Assembly (NCBI GenBank): GCA_023334545.1
Contig: JAADVB010000018.1
Span: 1-64,000, forward strand
Length of the DNA: 64,000 nt
Direction: 5' to 3'
Source: Salisapilia sapeloensis CBS 127946
Lineage: Eukaryota > Protista > Oomycota
A program made the translations under genes and the position numbers. This document shows positions 11,172 to 21,706 of the stretch, one piece after another (the first letter of the stretch is position 1; the number at the start of each line of letters is the position of its first letter). The notes beneath the pieces were generated by a model. That model was not told where the DNA came from, made no database searches, and was given only the letters and a program-made list of their open reading frames with translations.

Positions 11172-11348
11172 CTATTCATCATCATCGTCGCTCTTGGCGT
11201 GCACAGGGATCTTTCCCTGCTGAGACTGGTGCCACGCATAGAAGTTGTCAATGCGGTTGAACATGTTCTTCTTGTGTTGCACCCAGAACTGGGAGACGAT
11301 AAGGCCGAGGCCAACGCCGATCGCAATGTCCATCCCCGGATTCACCAT
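11172..11348 (-). CDS. Cytochrome c oxidase subunit 6C / yeast Cox9 / plant COX5C-like, 58 aa
   Basis: MDIAIGVGLGLIVSQFWVQHKKNMFNRIDNFYA parallels the recalled Cox9 pattern DIVLGFSLG..YWW..KREKFYA; single TM. Confidence 0.7.
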   Translation of the reverse strand: MVNPGMDIAIGVGLGLIVSQFWVQHKKNMFNRIDNFYAWHQSQQGKIPVHAKSDDDDE

Positions 11349-11693
11349 GTTTATTTTCTTCCTTGTTTGTTTTGTGGTCTTGAGACGCAAAACGAGCGGC
11401 GGTCAATTTATCTTAATTTTAATATGGGATTAAGAACGACCTCCCTTCACACATAAAAACGCTTCGAATTCAAGTATCTTCACTAAAGTACGAGCATCTA
11501 CACCTCCTATATGTGATCCTTTATCAATTGATTAATCGCAATAATGTATAAAACGATGCATATTTTTATGAAATTATACTTTAACTTGGATATTTAATAC
11601 TCGCTGTATTGCCACATGTGATAATTACTTATGGGAGGTGTGACTGTACCTGAGTGATACGCATGCGATCTTGAACGGATTTTTGGATTTTAA

Positions 11694-13950
11694 ATGGTGA
11701 GCTATCAGTATCTCGCGGTCGTACTGACGGCACTTGCGACTGGGTGGAATGCACATGAGAATGGTTTTGTATGGGATGATCGAGCAGCAGTCATTGGCAA
11801 CTATGACGTGCGATTAGATCTATCGAACTCGACGATTTTCCATGTCTTCCAGCATGATTTCTGGGGAGATCCGATCCACGCCTCTACTAGCCATAAAAGC
11901 TATCGTCCTGTGACTGTACTTACGTTTCGATGGAACTTTCTGCATTGTGGAGTAGATCCACGATGCTACCATTCGACTAATACGCTCTTACATGCGTCCT
12001 GTTCCTTGCTTGTGTTGATACTCGCTAGTCGAATTTTCAGTCTCTACGACAGTCCCAAGACCAAGCAGCGACCTCAAGCTATTTTGGGTCCAGTGCTAGC
12101 TGGTCTCCTCTTTGCAGTCCATCCTATCCACTGCGATGCCGTCGCTAGTATCGTCGGTCGAGCAGATCTTCTCTGTGCGAATGGCACCTTACTAGCCTTC
12201 TTGCTCTACATGGAAGCATGTAAAGCGAGCTCCAGTCATGACAGAACGTTCCTAGGCCTTTCAATTGGTATTGCATTCATCGGTACTCGTCTACCTCTAT
12301 CCTACCACTACTACAAGCTGATCAGAATGACATATCATAGGAAGTTTATGCAAAGAGCTCGGGTTTACAGCCTTTGGACTGTTCCTCGCATACGATATCC
12401 TCTTGCAATTCACTCCTAATCACAGTGATAAGCAAGACTTTTACAGACGAACGAGTATAGTATTTTTATTCGCAGTCGTCTGGGCATCACTTCGAGTCTG
12501 GATTAATGGAGACGACATCCATATGCAATGGCCTTTCCTGTCCAACAACATTGCTCTCGAAGACAGTAAGCTTACACGTATGCTATCCTACGCTCATGTC
12601 CATGCCTGGTACTTGTATAAACTGGTATGGCCATACACTCTTTCGTATGACTATGGCTTTGACACCATTCCTATCATCTCCAGTGTCTCAGATCCTCTCA
12701 ATACGTACACTTGCATCGCCTACAGCTCTCTTCTCACAGGCATCATGATCGGATGTATCTTCATCTCTACCTCTCCGATTCTCCTTTGCATCGCTCTTGG
12801 CGCTATTCCTTTCGTTCCAGCCTCTCACGTTTTGTTCCCAGTTGGTACGATCGTAGCGGAGCGACTGATGTACTTGCCTAGCGTCGGCTTCTGTCTTCTC
12901 GTAAGCCACTTGCTCCAACGAGCGTATGACCGGACTTGTCTATACGCTACATCTCCTTCCTTCCGAAAGAAGCACATGATCTTTGCTTTTGCCTCCCACT
13001 TCGTTCCATTTGCATGTACACTACTACTTGTATCGGCATACTTTCGTAGTCGTAGTCGAAATGCTGACTGGAAGGATGAACAAACATTGTTTGCATCCGC
13101 TTTAAAAGCGTATCCTACGAATGTCAAAGTGCTTTCAAACGTCGGGAAGACGTTGCTTGGTAAAGCACCTGAGAAAGCAGTCGCGTATCTAAAACTATCC
13201 GTTGCCATGCTACCTCACTACGTCGAAGGACATGTGAACCTCGGTCTTGCCTACGGTGCAATCGGGCATGAACTCCTGGCGATGCGGCATCTCATCAAAG
13301 CTTCCGAGTTCGGACCCAAGAGGTTTCTCGGACCAGGATACCTTGGTGTCCAGATCCTAGACTACTGGACGAAACAGAGGACACAAATCTACAAGGATGA
13401 TGTCGTGGACAGCCTTAGCGTCCACATCGCCAAGCGCTACTTGGACGAAGCTATTGCGCGTGGCAGTATTCACCCGACACATTACTTTTCTCGAGCTTCC
13501 ATTGCATATTATGAAAAGAACTATGAGGATAGTATCATGTACTTTGATGCGACGTGTCAAGCGAATGCGATTGTATCAAAGCGGAATGTCGATACGCAGG
13601 AGCTGTTGCTCCCGGAACTAAATATTCGTAGTCTTATCTTTAAAAGTTACCGGGCGTTAGGGCAACTGGATGAGGCGTTGGCGGCTGCTGAAGACGCCAT
13701 CCAACTGTACCCGACTGCCATTCAGCTGCGGTTGAATGCTGCGCTCATCTACCATGAGCAAGGACAGCTGGAGCACGCGATGGTGCACATTCGTCAGACG
13801 GTGGCACTCGCAACAAGACAGGATGTGACTGCATTAGTGGAAGCTAACAAGGCGTTCAATGCACGACAGGCAGGTGATATCGCCGAAGCGATGTGTGCCA
13901 AGGCGATGGCAGTGGCGGCGGATAGTCATAGCGTGCAGCTCACGTGTTAA
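11694..13950 (+). CDS. TMTC: TMTC-type protein O-mannosyltransferase (multi-TM, DUF1736, C-terminal TPRs), 2 exons
   Basis: FVWDDRAAV, HDFWG, SHKSYRPVTVLTF, FAVHPIHCDAVASIVGRADLL, LSYDY, VAERLMYLPS, RNADW; intron 12283-12340 restores GSLCKELG. Confidence 0.92.
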
Positions 13951-14047
13951 TGATACACCGTTTCAAGATCGTCCACTCCCTTTTGTTTTCGGTTCATATA
14001 AGATATAAAACAGTATAAAGTATACGGACAGTTTGGAATCAGGCGAG

Positions 14048-17000
14048 ATGAGTACATCGCGATCTTTGAGGTCCGAGTCAGTCCTCCCGTTATTCTTCTC
14101 GACACATCAGGCGAAACGAGTGGAGAGGATGAGTATGAAAGTCCCTCCTGTGTGTATGCAGAACGTCAAAGTATCTGGAGTCTACGTTGTTAGTGGCATA
14201 TGCCTCCTAGCGATGTTTCTAGCTCCTACTGCATGGTCTCACACTACTTTGACAAGCATGCTTTTTCCCTCATCAAAAATCACGCTGCTTAAAGTCGTCT
14301 GTATGGTGCTTTGCATGGCTCTAACAGTTTACTACTGGCTATGTGTGGATACTACTTGGACGCCAGTTCAGCAGCGACTCCTGGAAGTATCCGACGAGAG
14401 TCGCAAGGGTCTGCCGATCAATCGACGACGATCAGTGCTAATAAGTGGTCGTTATCCCATTCCTCTTGACAGTGAGTTGTTTCAAGGCAAGTTCCTCGTC
14501 ATGAGTCGTAGTGTCCAGCACAGACGTAGACTGATGATGCAGGTACAAGGGCAGCTGAAGCGACCTGCTCCAGTCGATCACTCGGTCATGATGGCACTCG
14601 AACTCCCATCTTCTGTCGGTGACATGTCGACAAGATGGAAGTGGGTGCTGGAAAAGATATTAAAGCTAGTACAAACGATCGTTCCTGGTATGCATTTCAA
14701 TTTGGACGCAAGTGAGACACAAAGCGTCCATCTCGCAGTCCCATTGTATCAATGTGCAGATGAGATGGTCATTTCCAAAGCTTATAAAGGTACACAGACG
14801 ACGGCAGACCTTGTGGCAGCTAGTGTACGTCTAGGAGACAGCTCGTTTGGTGAGACGAAAGCGAGTAGAGCGAGTCGATGGAAGACAGAGGTGGGGAAGG
14901 AGCCATTTCTCGAGACGAAAGTCTATTCTTTCCAATTCACATCCTCCATCCTGGACTTGCAAAGGTGGCAGATTCGTCTACCATTTGGACTCGGTGATCT
15001 CCCTGTTGAAATGCTTCTCGGACAGCATCCGATTCGTTTATCTGCCTACTTCCTGCCGACGTCTGTCGTCAAGAGTCTCTCTCCTCATGACGATAGTAAG
15101 AAGAAACTCTTGTTCAGTTATTCAATTCGGCAGAAATCGACTTCCGTCGATTCGAGACGGAAGGAGAGAGCGCTACGACCTCCAGTACCAAGTAGACGTG
15201 GACACTCGGAGCTCGCAGTCGTGTCAGCACAGAAAAGTTCGTCCGAAGCACCTGTAGTTCCGTTCTCCGTTACACCTCGTGTATCTCCTCTACCTCCTCG
15301 TCAACAAACTTCATCTCAAGGCACGACGTTTCCCCTCTTACAAGCGACTTCTGTCCGTGATCTTCCTCTTCCTAATCATCGTCTAGAAGCGAGTCAGCTA
15401 GATTGTCTACAGTTTGAATTAAGTTCGTGGGTAGAACGTGTAGATCGAGTCGCTGGGAGTCGTAAAGTCGGGTATTTGCTGTCCGTTCGAGAGCGACTGG
15501 AGGATGGGACATATCGGGACTTTAGCGTCCTCCGTAGTGCTTCGACAGTTAAGAACGCTCTGCTACTAGTAGATGAGTCTATGGCTTTGGATGTATCGAG
15601 TGAAGGTAGTAGTAGTGATCAGGCTGCAGAGCACTGTCAACGTTATAGACGTGTGTTTCGAAAGCTGCAGACAGAAGCACGGTCCTATCTGTACGATAAA
15701 ATCGAGGAGGAGATGCAACTCGTCTCGAAGACGATGCAACTGATTGCTACGTCAACAGCAAAGAGTCCTGTCACTCAGTTCCGACGCGCGATGCTCTGTA
15801 GATGTCTCGTATCTACCACTCACTTGCCTCCTGTGTCATCTCAAGCAGATATTGGTGTCCAGACAGCATCTAAAGACATTGTACAGTGGAGTGGCGGTGG
15901 CTATCGTTGCGTTCGTCGACAGTTCTTACGACAAGAGTGGATAGTCGTCACGGCGACAGAGCTCAAGTTCTATCGTTCCTTTTCTTTAAAAGCAGATAAA
16001 GTAGTGGCACTAGATAAAGTCTTACGTGTACAGGTAGTAGACAAGAGTCCTGTGCTATGTGCACATGACAATGCTAGTTCGACGTATGAGAGACAGTGGT
16101 TCTGTATCGAAGTCCACTTGGTCACACAAGTCGTGACGTTCTTCCTATCGACGGATTACACTCGACGTCAATGTATAAGCAAGCTACGTCAGTTCATTGA
16201 AAGTGAACGAGTACCGGCGATGGTTGATCGACCATTGCGTACGATCTCGACGCCATTATGTTTGAATCAACGCAGCTTGCTTTCTTCCTTACCGACGCCG
16301 CCTTGGTCGACGCAGTATACATCCATCGATAAAACCACTCTTCAAGACACGCTGCGAAGTGTCCAGCAAGTGCTGACAAAAGCATTGACGCTTTATAATC
16401 AACGTGAAGAAGAGCGATCGAGGAAACACCTGCTGGAAGTGTTGGATGGAGTCGAGACACTCACTTGTGTTGACTTTGGTTTGCTAGTAGAAGAGAGTAG
16501 TCAGTCGTCTGCTTCGTGGAGAGACTTGTCTGGCGATAAACTAGCGTTTGTACTGAACTTGTATCACTTGCTCTACATCCACGCGACGTTGATCGTTGGG
16601 GAACCGAACGATCATCAGGAGTGGAAGAAGCTGCAGTCATTGGCGCACTATAGACTTTGTGATACATCGCAGGAGGTTCCTGTGAAGCTGACGTTGGACA
16701 GGATCGAACGGTTGATGCTGCGTAGATCGAGAGAGCGCTTGACTACAACCCATCCGCTGGTGTCTAGTATCTCGCAAGACTCGGCGAAAGAGGAAGAAGG
16801 TAGGATCCCACCGACCTTGGTGCTCGATCGTCCTGACTTTCGAACGCACTTGGCGTTGCAAAGCCACTGTTCACCTGGTACGAATGTGATGGTCGTGTAC
16901 GATGGTGGAACGCTTGTGCAAGCTCAATTGAACGCGACTTGCGCCTACTTTTTGTCGAAAGAGATGGACGTGGATGATGTGAAGCGAGTGATTTATATGC

Positions 17001-17326
17001 CAAAGGTATGTGAGTGGAATGAAGCGGAGAGGAGACAGAGTCCTAGTGATGTACATGAGTCAACGCTTGGAATGGAGCAAGATCAGGGACGAGAGCTGCT
17101 TGGATCACCCGAGTTCTTGTGTTTGCAAAAGCTCCGGAGCTTTATGGATGATGAACTCCATCATCAGGTGCAGCATTTATTGCTTGGATCAGGAGAAGAA
17201 CCAAAGCTTCGATACCGACAATTCTGGACGCAGTCGACACGTCGAAACGCGAGTGACGATGTCTTTGGACAGATTGCGTCGACCATGGATGCGACTGTAG
17301 AGACAATCATGTCGTGGTTTACATAG
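14048..17326 (+). CDS. Large protein: N-terminal TM segments, DUF1769-like domain, PH/GRAM-like domain, C-terminal DUF547-like domain
   Basis: ELFQGKFLV..RRLMMQVQGQLK (DUF1769-like); RQEWIVVTATELKFYRS (PH/GRAM-like); KLAFVLNLYHLLYIHA, DFRTHLAL, VIYMPKVCEW (DUF547-like). First ATG at 14048; the true start may be the downstream MSMK Met. Confidence 0.7.
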   Translation: MSTSRSLRSESVLPLFFSTHQAKRVERMSMKVPPVCMQNVKVSGVYVVSGICLLAMFLAPTAWSHTTLTSMLFPSSKITLLKVVCMVLCMALTVYYWLCVDTTWTPVQQRLLEVSDESRKGLPINRRRSVLISGRYPIPLDSELFQGKFLVMSRSVQHRRRLMMQVQGQLKRPAPVDHSVMMALELPSSVGDMSTRWKWVLEKILKLVQTIVPGMHFNLDASETQSVHLAVPLYQCADEMVISKAYKGTQTTADLVAASVRLGDSSFGETKASRASRWKTEVGKEPFLETKVYSFQFTSSILDLQRWQIRLPFGLGDLPVEMLLGQHPIRLSAYFLPTSVVKSLSPHDDSKKKLLFSYSIRQKSTSVDSRRKERALRPPVPSRRGHSELAVVSAQKSSSEAPVVPFSVTPRVSPLPPRQQTSSQGTTFPLLQATSVRDLPLPNHRLEASQLDCLQFELSSWVERVDRVAGSRKVGYLLSVRERLEDGTYRDFSVLRSASTVKNALLLVDESMALDVSSEGSSSDQAAEHCQRYRRVFRKLQTEARSYLYDKIEEEMQLVSKTMQLIATSTAKSPVTQFRRAMLCRCLVSTTHLPPVSSQADIGVQTASKDIVQWSGGGYRCVRRQFLRQEWIVVTATELKFYRSFSLKADKVVALDKVLRVQVVDKSPVLCAHDNASSTYERQWFCIEVHLVTQVVTFFLSTDYTRRQCISKLRQFIESERVPAMVDRPLRTISTPLCLNQRSLLSSLPTPPWSTQYTSIDKTTLQDTLRSVQQVLTKALTLYNQREEERSRKHLLEVLDGVETLTCVDFGLLVEESSQSSASWRDLSGDKLAFVLNLYHLLYIHATLIVGEPNDHQEWKKLQSLAHYRLCDTSQEVPVKLTLDRIERLMLRRSRERLTTTHPLVSSISQDSAKEEEGRIPPTLVLDRPDFRTHLALQSHCSPGTNVMVVYDGGTLVQAQLNATCAYFLSKEMDVDDVKRVIYMPKVCEWNEAERRQSPSDVHESTLGMEQDQGRELLGSPEFLCLQKLRSFMDDELHHQVQHLLLGSGEEPKLRYRQFWTQSTRRNASDDVFGQIASTMDATVETIMSWFT

Positions 17327-17428
17327 AGATAAGCAACAAGTAACGAAAGAATAAATGTATGAACAACTTTGCATGTTTAGAGAAGGAAGTGGTAATCTAG
17401 ATGCAGGCGATGTTCAAGTCTCGATGAC

Positions 17429-18805
17429 TCAAGCTACGCTATTACTGTTTGCAGGGAAGCCTTGGATTGCTTGATCAGAGGTGGCTTGTGAAGGAGGATC
17501 GCGTATGTAGTTGCACAAGATGATGGTTAAAGCGACAATGGAAGCCAAGATGTGCGAGTTCAAAGCGTCTGAGTAGATGATATTGAACAAAGACCAAAGA
17601 CAGAGGATGATGCAGACCACGGCTCTTGAATACCAAAGGGAGTTCGATAGGGTCAGTTCCTCCCTGACGCCTTGATTCATAGCGAGATAAACGAGATCTG
17701 TTGTAGTACATACGACACGAGAGCTGCAATGAGTGTCAAGTTGACAATTACTGGCCCCATATAATTAATTTTTTGCCCGAAAGTTGGAGGATGAGGCAAA
17801 TGAAAACGACATAACTAGTAGTAGAAACAGCCCATGATGCATCTTTCTTCGCCAAACCTACCCAAAAGAAGCTTAAGTTGAAAGAGTGCTTTGCGCTGAA
17901 AACGTACAGAATGAGCATAACAGTAGAGAACGAGCACAATGCATATGCCCAAAAAAGTAGACATGGGTCACAAACTCCGCGAGGTTAGTCTGAAGATCAC
18001 CTTAAAGTACTCCATAAGAGGAGAATTTGAATCTACGAGGACTGATGCGTCAGGGTCGGACATCGAGTCTCGTAATATATTACCATAGACAACGACCAAA
18101 AGCATTCCTATGGAATAAATGAGGCTTCTTGGCATGCAAACCCATAGACCTTTCACATCATCGGTAAAGTTTTCTCCGAATGCAGTGCGAAAGTAAATCC
18201 AGAGAGGTAGAACCAGATAATGAAGGGAAATCCTTTCAGATCACTTAATATGTGCCCTGGAACCTCCCAGTCCTGTTGAGTTACCCTCTCATCGTACGAA
18301 ATTTAGAAGTATTGATGTAGAATGCCAAGGCTAGCAGCAACGTTACCACCGTGGCAACCAGCTTCACGCAAAATGAAATATTCACGCCGACGATGTTGAA
18401 TCCGACATTAACAATGTGAATTGTGAGCGATAGCAAATTGGCCTAATAGCTATAAAACGCCATGAAGTGGATCCAGATTGACACAAAGACGAAGCTTACG
18501 ACTAGATTTGTAGCGAATAATTTCATACCCTTAGCCGTACCAGCTAGCCAAGCGGCACGGGTGCCAATACCATGAAGGCCGAAGACATAAGAGCTTTCTT
18601 CTTTTGGTTGCATGGCCGACAACTCGACGGTCGATAACGAAAGCAGGACACACAATGCAATGAGGAAGACAAGGACGATAAAGAGTCCACTGAAGCCTGA
18701 TGCGAATGTCACTTGCCAATAGAAAAACTCCGTCGGGATAATGGTGCCTCCGGCCAGTATCCACAGTTGGGCAGGATATATGAAACTTGGTGTGCAATCG
18801 AGCAT
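17429..18805 (-). pseudogene. Degenerate copy of the ethanolamine-permease-like APC transporter
   Basis: FIYPAQLWILAGGTIIPTEFFYWQ aligns to FAKPFHLWALGVGAVVSGDFFGWQ; homology is spread over several frames with stops; start context and 3' flank resemble those of the intact copies. Confidence 0.85.
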
Positions 18806-19399
18806 GTCTTGCATGTAGAGAGTAAGTCTGCTTGTGGCAAAGCCTTTTCGCCTGATACTGTCCATCTAAACCGATTGTATCCATTCGCCTGTCTCTGAAT
18901 TGTATCCACTGGCATCAAGATGATTCAGATCGACATCCTTTAAGCCATACAGTCTACGCGGATGCCTGTGGGTGTCGCAAAATCGGGTGCAGGATAAACG
19001 GGGGTGCAAAAGAGTAGAGATCATCAACGCGAAAGGAAAAGTATAATTTAAATAACAAATGGTAGCAAATCACCACACGATGGGTTAAAATCGCTGCACA
19101 AGAGAATCCAGAATGGCTACACACGTCTTGATGCTAGTTCCTGTACATGTGCCAGTTGCCGCGCGCGATACAGTAGTTTGACGGTTTCATGGCAAAGCAA
19201 GATTATATGTGAAGAGGAAATAAAATCTATAGGAAGAATCTGCAGCTAGAAGTATCTGCTTAAATTGTGTGTAGTGTATTGCTCGCGTGCTTTCCATGCT
19301 GTTGTCACCATTTATACTTTTCTCCCTATTCGTGCCATTGCTTGATCATTTACCGGTTCGATTCACATGCCACATCTGAATCGACTTCATACTATAGCT

Positions 19400-20100
19400 A
19401 CATCCACTTATGGAAAGTTATCTTCTGGATTATGGATATTATCTCATTGCAGTGTGTCGTTCTACTCTACTAGACCGGGACGATATTCAGTCCCCCTTTC
19501 ATAGTTTGAGCTTGCGTGGTATACAAGATAGCAGGAAGGTCTGCTCGTAGGTCAGACAAGCACGCATTATATTAAGGCTGTGCTTGCGCTGAGTACTGAT
19601 TCGGCGAAATTGTGGATTCGCCTTTTGCAATTCTATTCATCGTATTCGAATGAGGCAATTCTGCGCTCGCTGAGAATAGCCCATCTTACTTTTTCACTTG
19701 CCATTGGAAACCCAACGTACCACTTTAATATAACGTTTCCTCACTATATCGAATACATATGCGAGTGTTCTCTACTGCCAATGAAGATGCGAATTCATAT
19801 TCTTGGTTTATCTCTGTCTTGGTGTTTGATGCAGTCAAGAGGAAACGATCTTCGAGAAGACTTTAAGTTACGCTGGTACTCAAAATGTGCGAATTTGAAA
19901 AAGCGAGCGAAAGACTTGGTGAGCTCTTCGCTATTATTTCGGAACTGGCGTAGTACCGTGGTGGACGGAATAATTGGTCGATATTTACGACTCGCATTGT
20001 ATCCGTCCCAGTAAAGCAGCGAAGAGCTCAATGTTGCAAATAAATCGAATGCAACTTCAACCTGAGTGACTTTCGATGATCAACCATGATACGCACGACA
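19400..20100. repeat. Unidentified dispersed repeat, copy 2
   Basis: Homologous to about 5000-5665; lacks 26 nt found in copy 1 between two GTGAG(A/C)TCTTCGCT direct repeats. Confidence 0.85.
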
Positions 20101-20305
20101 AGGATATTGCTAACCAGAAGCAAAAGTGAGAAGGAAAGCAGTTTAAATCGGTCGAATGTAAATATCGTGCCTATCTAGTTGTGAAAGGCTAGTAGATACG
20201 ACAACAACGACAATAACAAAAAGAATAGACAAGTAAACGACTTTGGATGTATGAACACTAAAGAAGTGGTAATCTTGGTGCAGGCGACGTCCGAGTCTCA
20301 TTGAC

Positions 20306-21706
20306 TCAGACTTTGATGCTACTGTACCTAGAACTTAAGAGGCGTTCTTGACCAACGGTGACTTGCGGGAGGCGGTGACGCAGGTGCGTGAAGAAGTAGA
20401 CTGCACCAGCGACGAAGAAGAGAGCAGCAGCGATGATAGAAGCCAAGAAGTCCGAGTCCGAAGCACCAGAGTAGATGATCGTGAAGAACGACCAGACGCA
20501 GAGGACGATGCAGACCACAGCTCCGGTAACACCAAACGGACTTCGGTACGGTCGAGCCCTCTCTGGTTCCTTGATCCGGAGCGCGATGAAGGAAGACAAC
20601 TGCAGCACATATGATACAAGAGCTCCGATCAGCGACATATTAACAAGCACGGATCCGAGACGAGTGTCTCCGATGGAAAAGTGAAGAATAAGGGCGATAG
20701 TGAGACCGGTGACACTGCCGAAGACGTAAGCTGCCCATGGCGTATTTCTCTTTGGTGTCATTTTCGTCAAGAAGGTAGGGTAGTATCCGTCCTTTGCGAT
20801 AGCATAGAGCAATCGACCCATGCAGAATACGAATGAATGGAAACTGGAGATGAGACCAGCGACCAAGAGCCACGTGAAGCCTGCAGTCGTGCTATTATCG
20901 CCAAAGACCGCCTTGTATCCATCCAAGAGAGGTGACCCAGAGTTTACAAGTACCGAAGCACCGGGTGAGATCATCGAATTGAAAATCACGGTACAGAATG
21001 AGACAACGATGAGCGTAGCCATGGAGGTAATGAGACCTCTTGGCATGTTCTTCACCGGATCAATCGTCTCTTCGACGGCTAGTGGTAGCTCCTCGATGCC
21101 CAAGTAGAACCAGAGGGAGAAGGAGAAGCCTTTCAAAATGCCTGTGAATCCATCCGGGTATTGCCAGTCTTGTTGAACTACCCACTCGTCGTACGAGATC
21201 TGTGTTGCAGCACCAACGTAGAATACCAGAAGCAAGAGGATAGACAGCACGGTGGCAACGAGCTGTACTCGGAATGACATCTCCACGCCGATGATATTGA
21301 GGGAAACGAAGATGAAATGGAATAGGACCCACCATAGAGGAGACCAGTCACTCCCCAGACCGATAAGCTGGTTCAAGTAAGATCCGATGCCGGTAACCGC
21401 GACGTCGACGGTCGCAATGACTTTGAGACTCTCCGCGATACCAGCAAAGAAGGCAGCCGTGCTACCAATACCATGGAGAGCGAAGACGTAGGGACCTCCT
21501 CCTGCTGGGAGCATGGCCGACATCTCGGCGATCGAGAATGCAAGGAGGATATAAAGAACAGTAGTGACCGCCAAGACGATGAGGAGACCATCAAAGCCTG
21601 CTGCGAGTGCTGCTTGCCATCCAAAGAAATCTCCCGAGACGACAGCACCTACGCCAAGTGCCCAGAGATGGAAAGGTTTCGCGAAACGTTGTTTTTCTTC
21701 GTTCAT
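20306..21706 (-). CDS. APC-superfamily amino acid/amine permease, ethanolamine transporter (EAT)-like, 466 aa, copy A
   Basis: LWALGVGAVVSGDFFGW, ELSAMLP-GGGPY-type motif, WFYLGIEELPLAVEETIDPVKNMPRG, RPYRSPFG; about 12 TMs; intronless. Confidence 0.9.
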   Translation of the reverse strand: MNEEKQRFAKPFHLWALGVGAVVSGDFFGWQAALAAGFDGLLIVLAVTTVLYILLAFSIAEMSAMLPAGGGPYVFALHGIGSTAAFFAGIAESLKVIATVDVAVTGIGSYLNQLIGLGSDWSPLWWVLFHFIFVSLNIIGVEMSFRVQLVATVLSILLLLVFYVGAATQISYDEWVVQQDWQYPDGFTGILKGFSFSLWFYLGIEELPLAVEETIDPVKNMPRGLITSMATLIVVSFCTVIFNSMISPGASVLVNSGSPLLDGYKAVFGDNSTTAGFTWLLVAGLISSFHSFVFCMGRLLYAIAKDGYYPTFLTKMTPKRNTPWAAYVFGSVTGLTIALILHFSIGDTRLGSVLVNMSLIGALVSYVLQLSSFIALRIKEPERARPYRSPFGVTGAVVCIVLCVWSFFTIIYSGASDSDFLASIIAAALFFVAGAVYFFTHLRHRLPQVTVGQERLLSSRYSSIKV

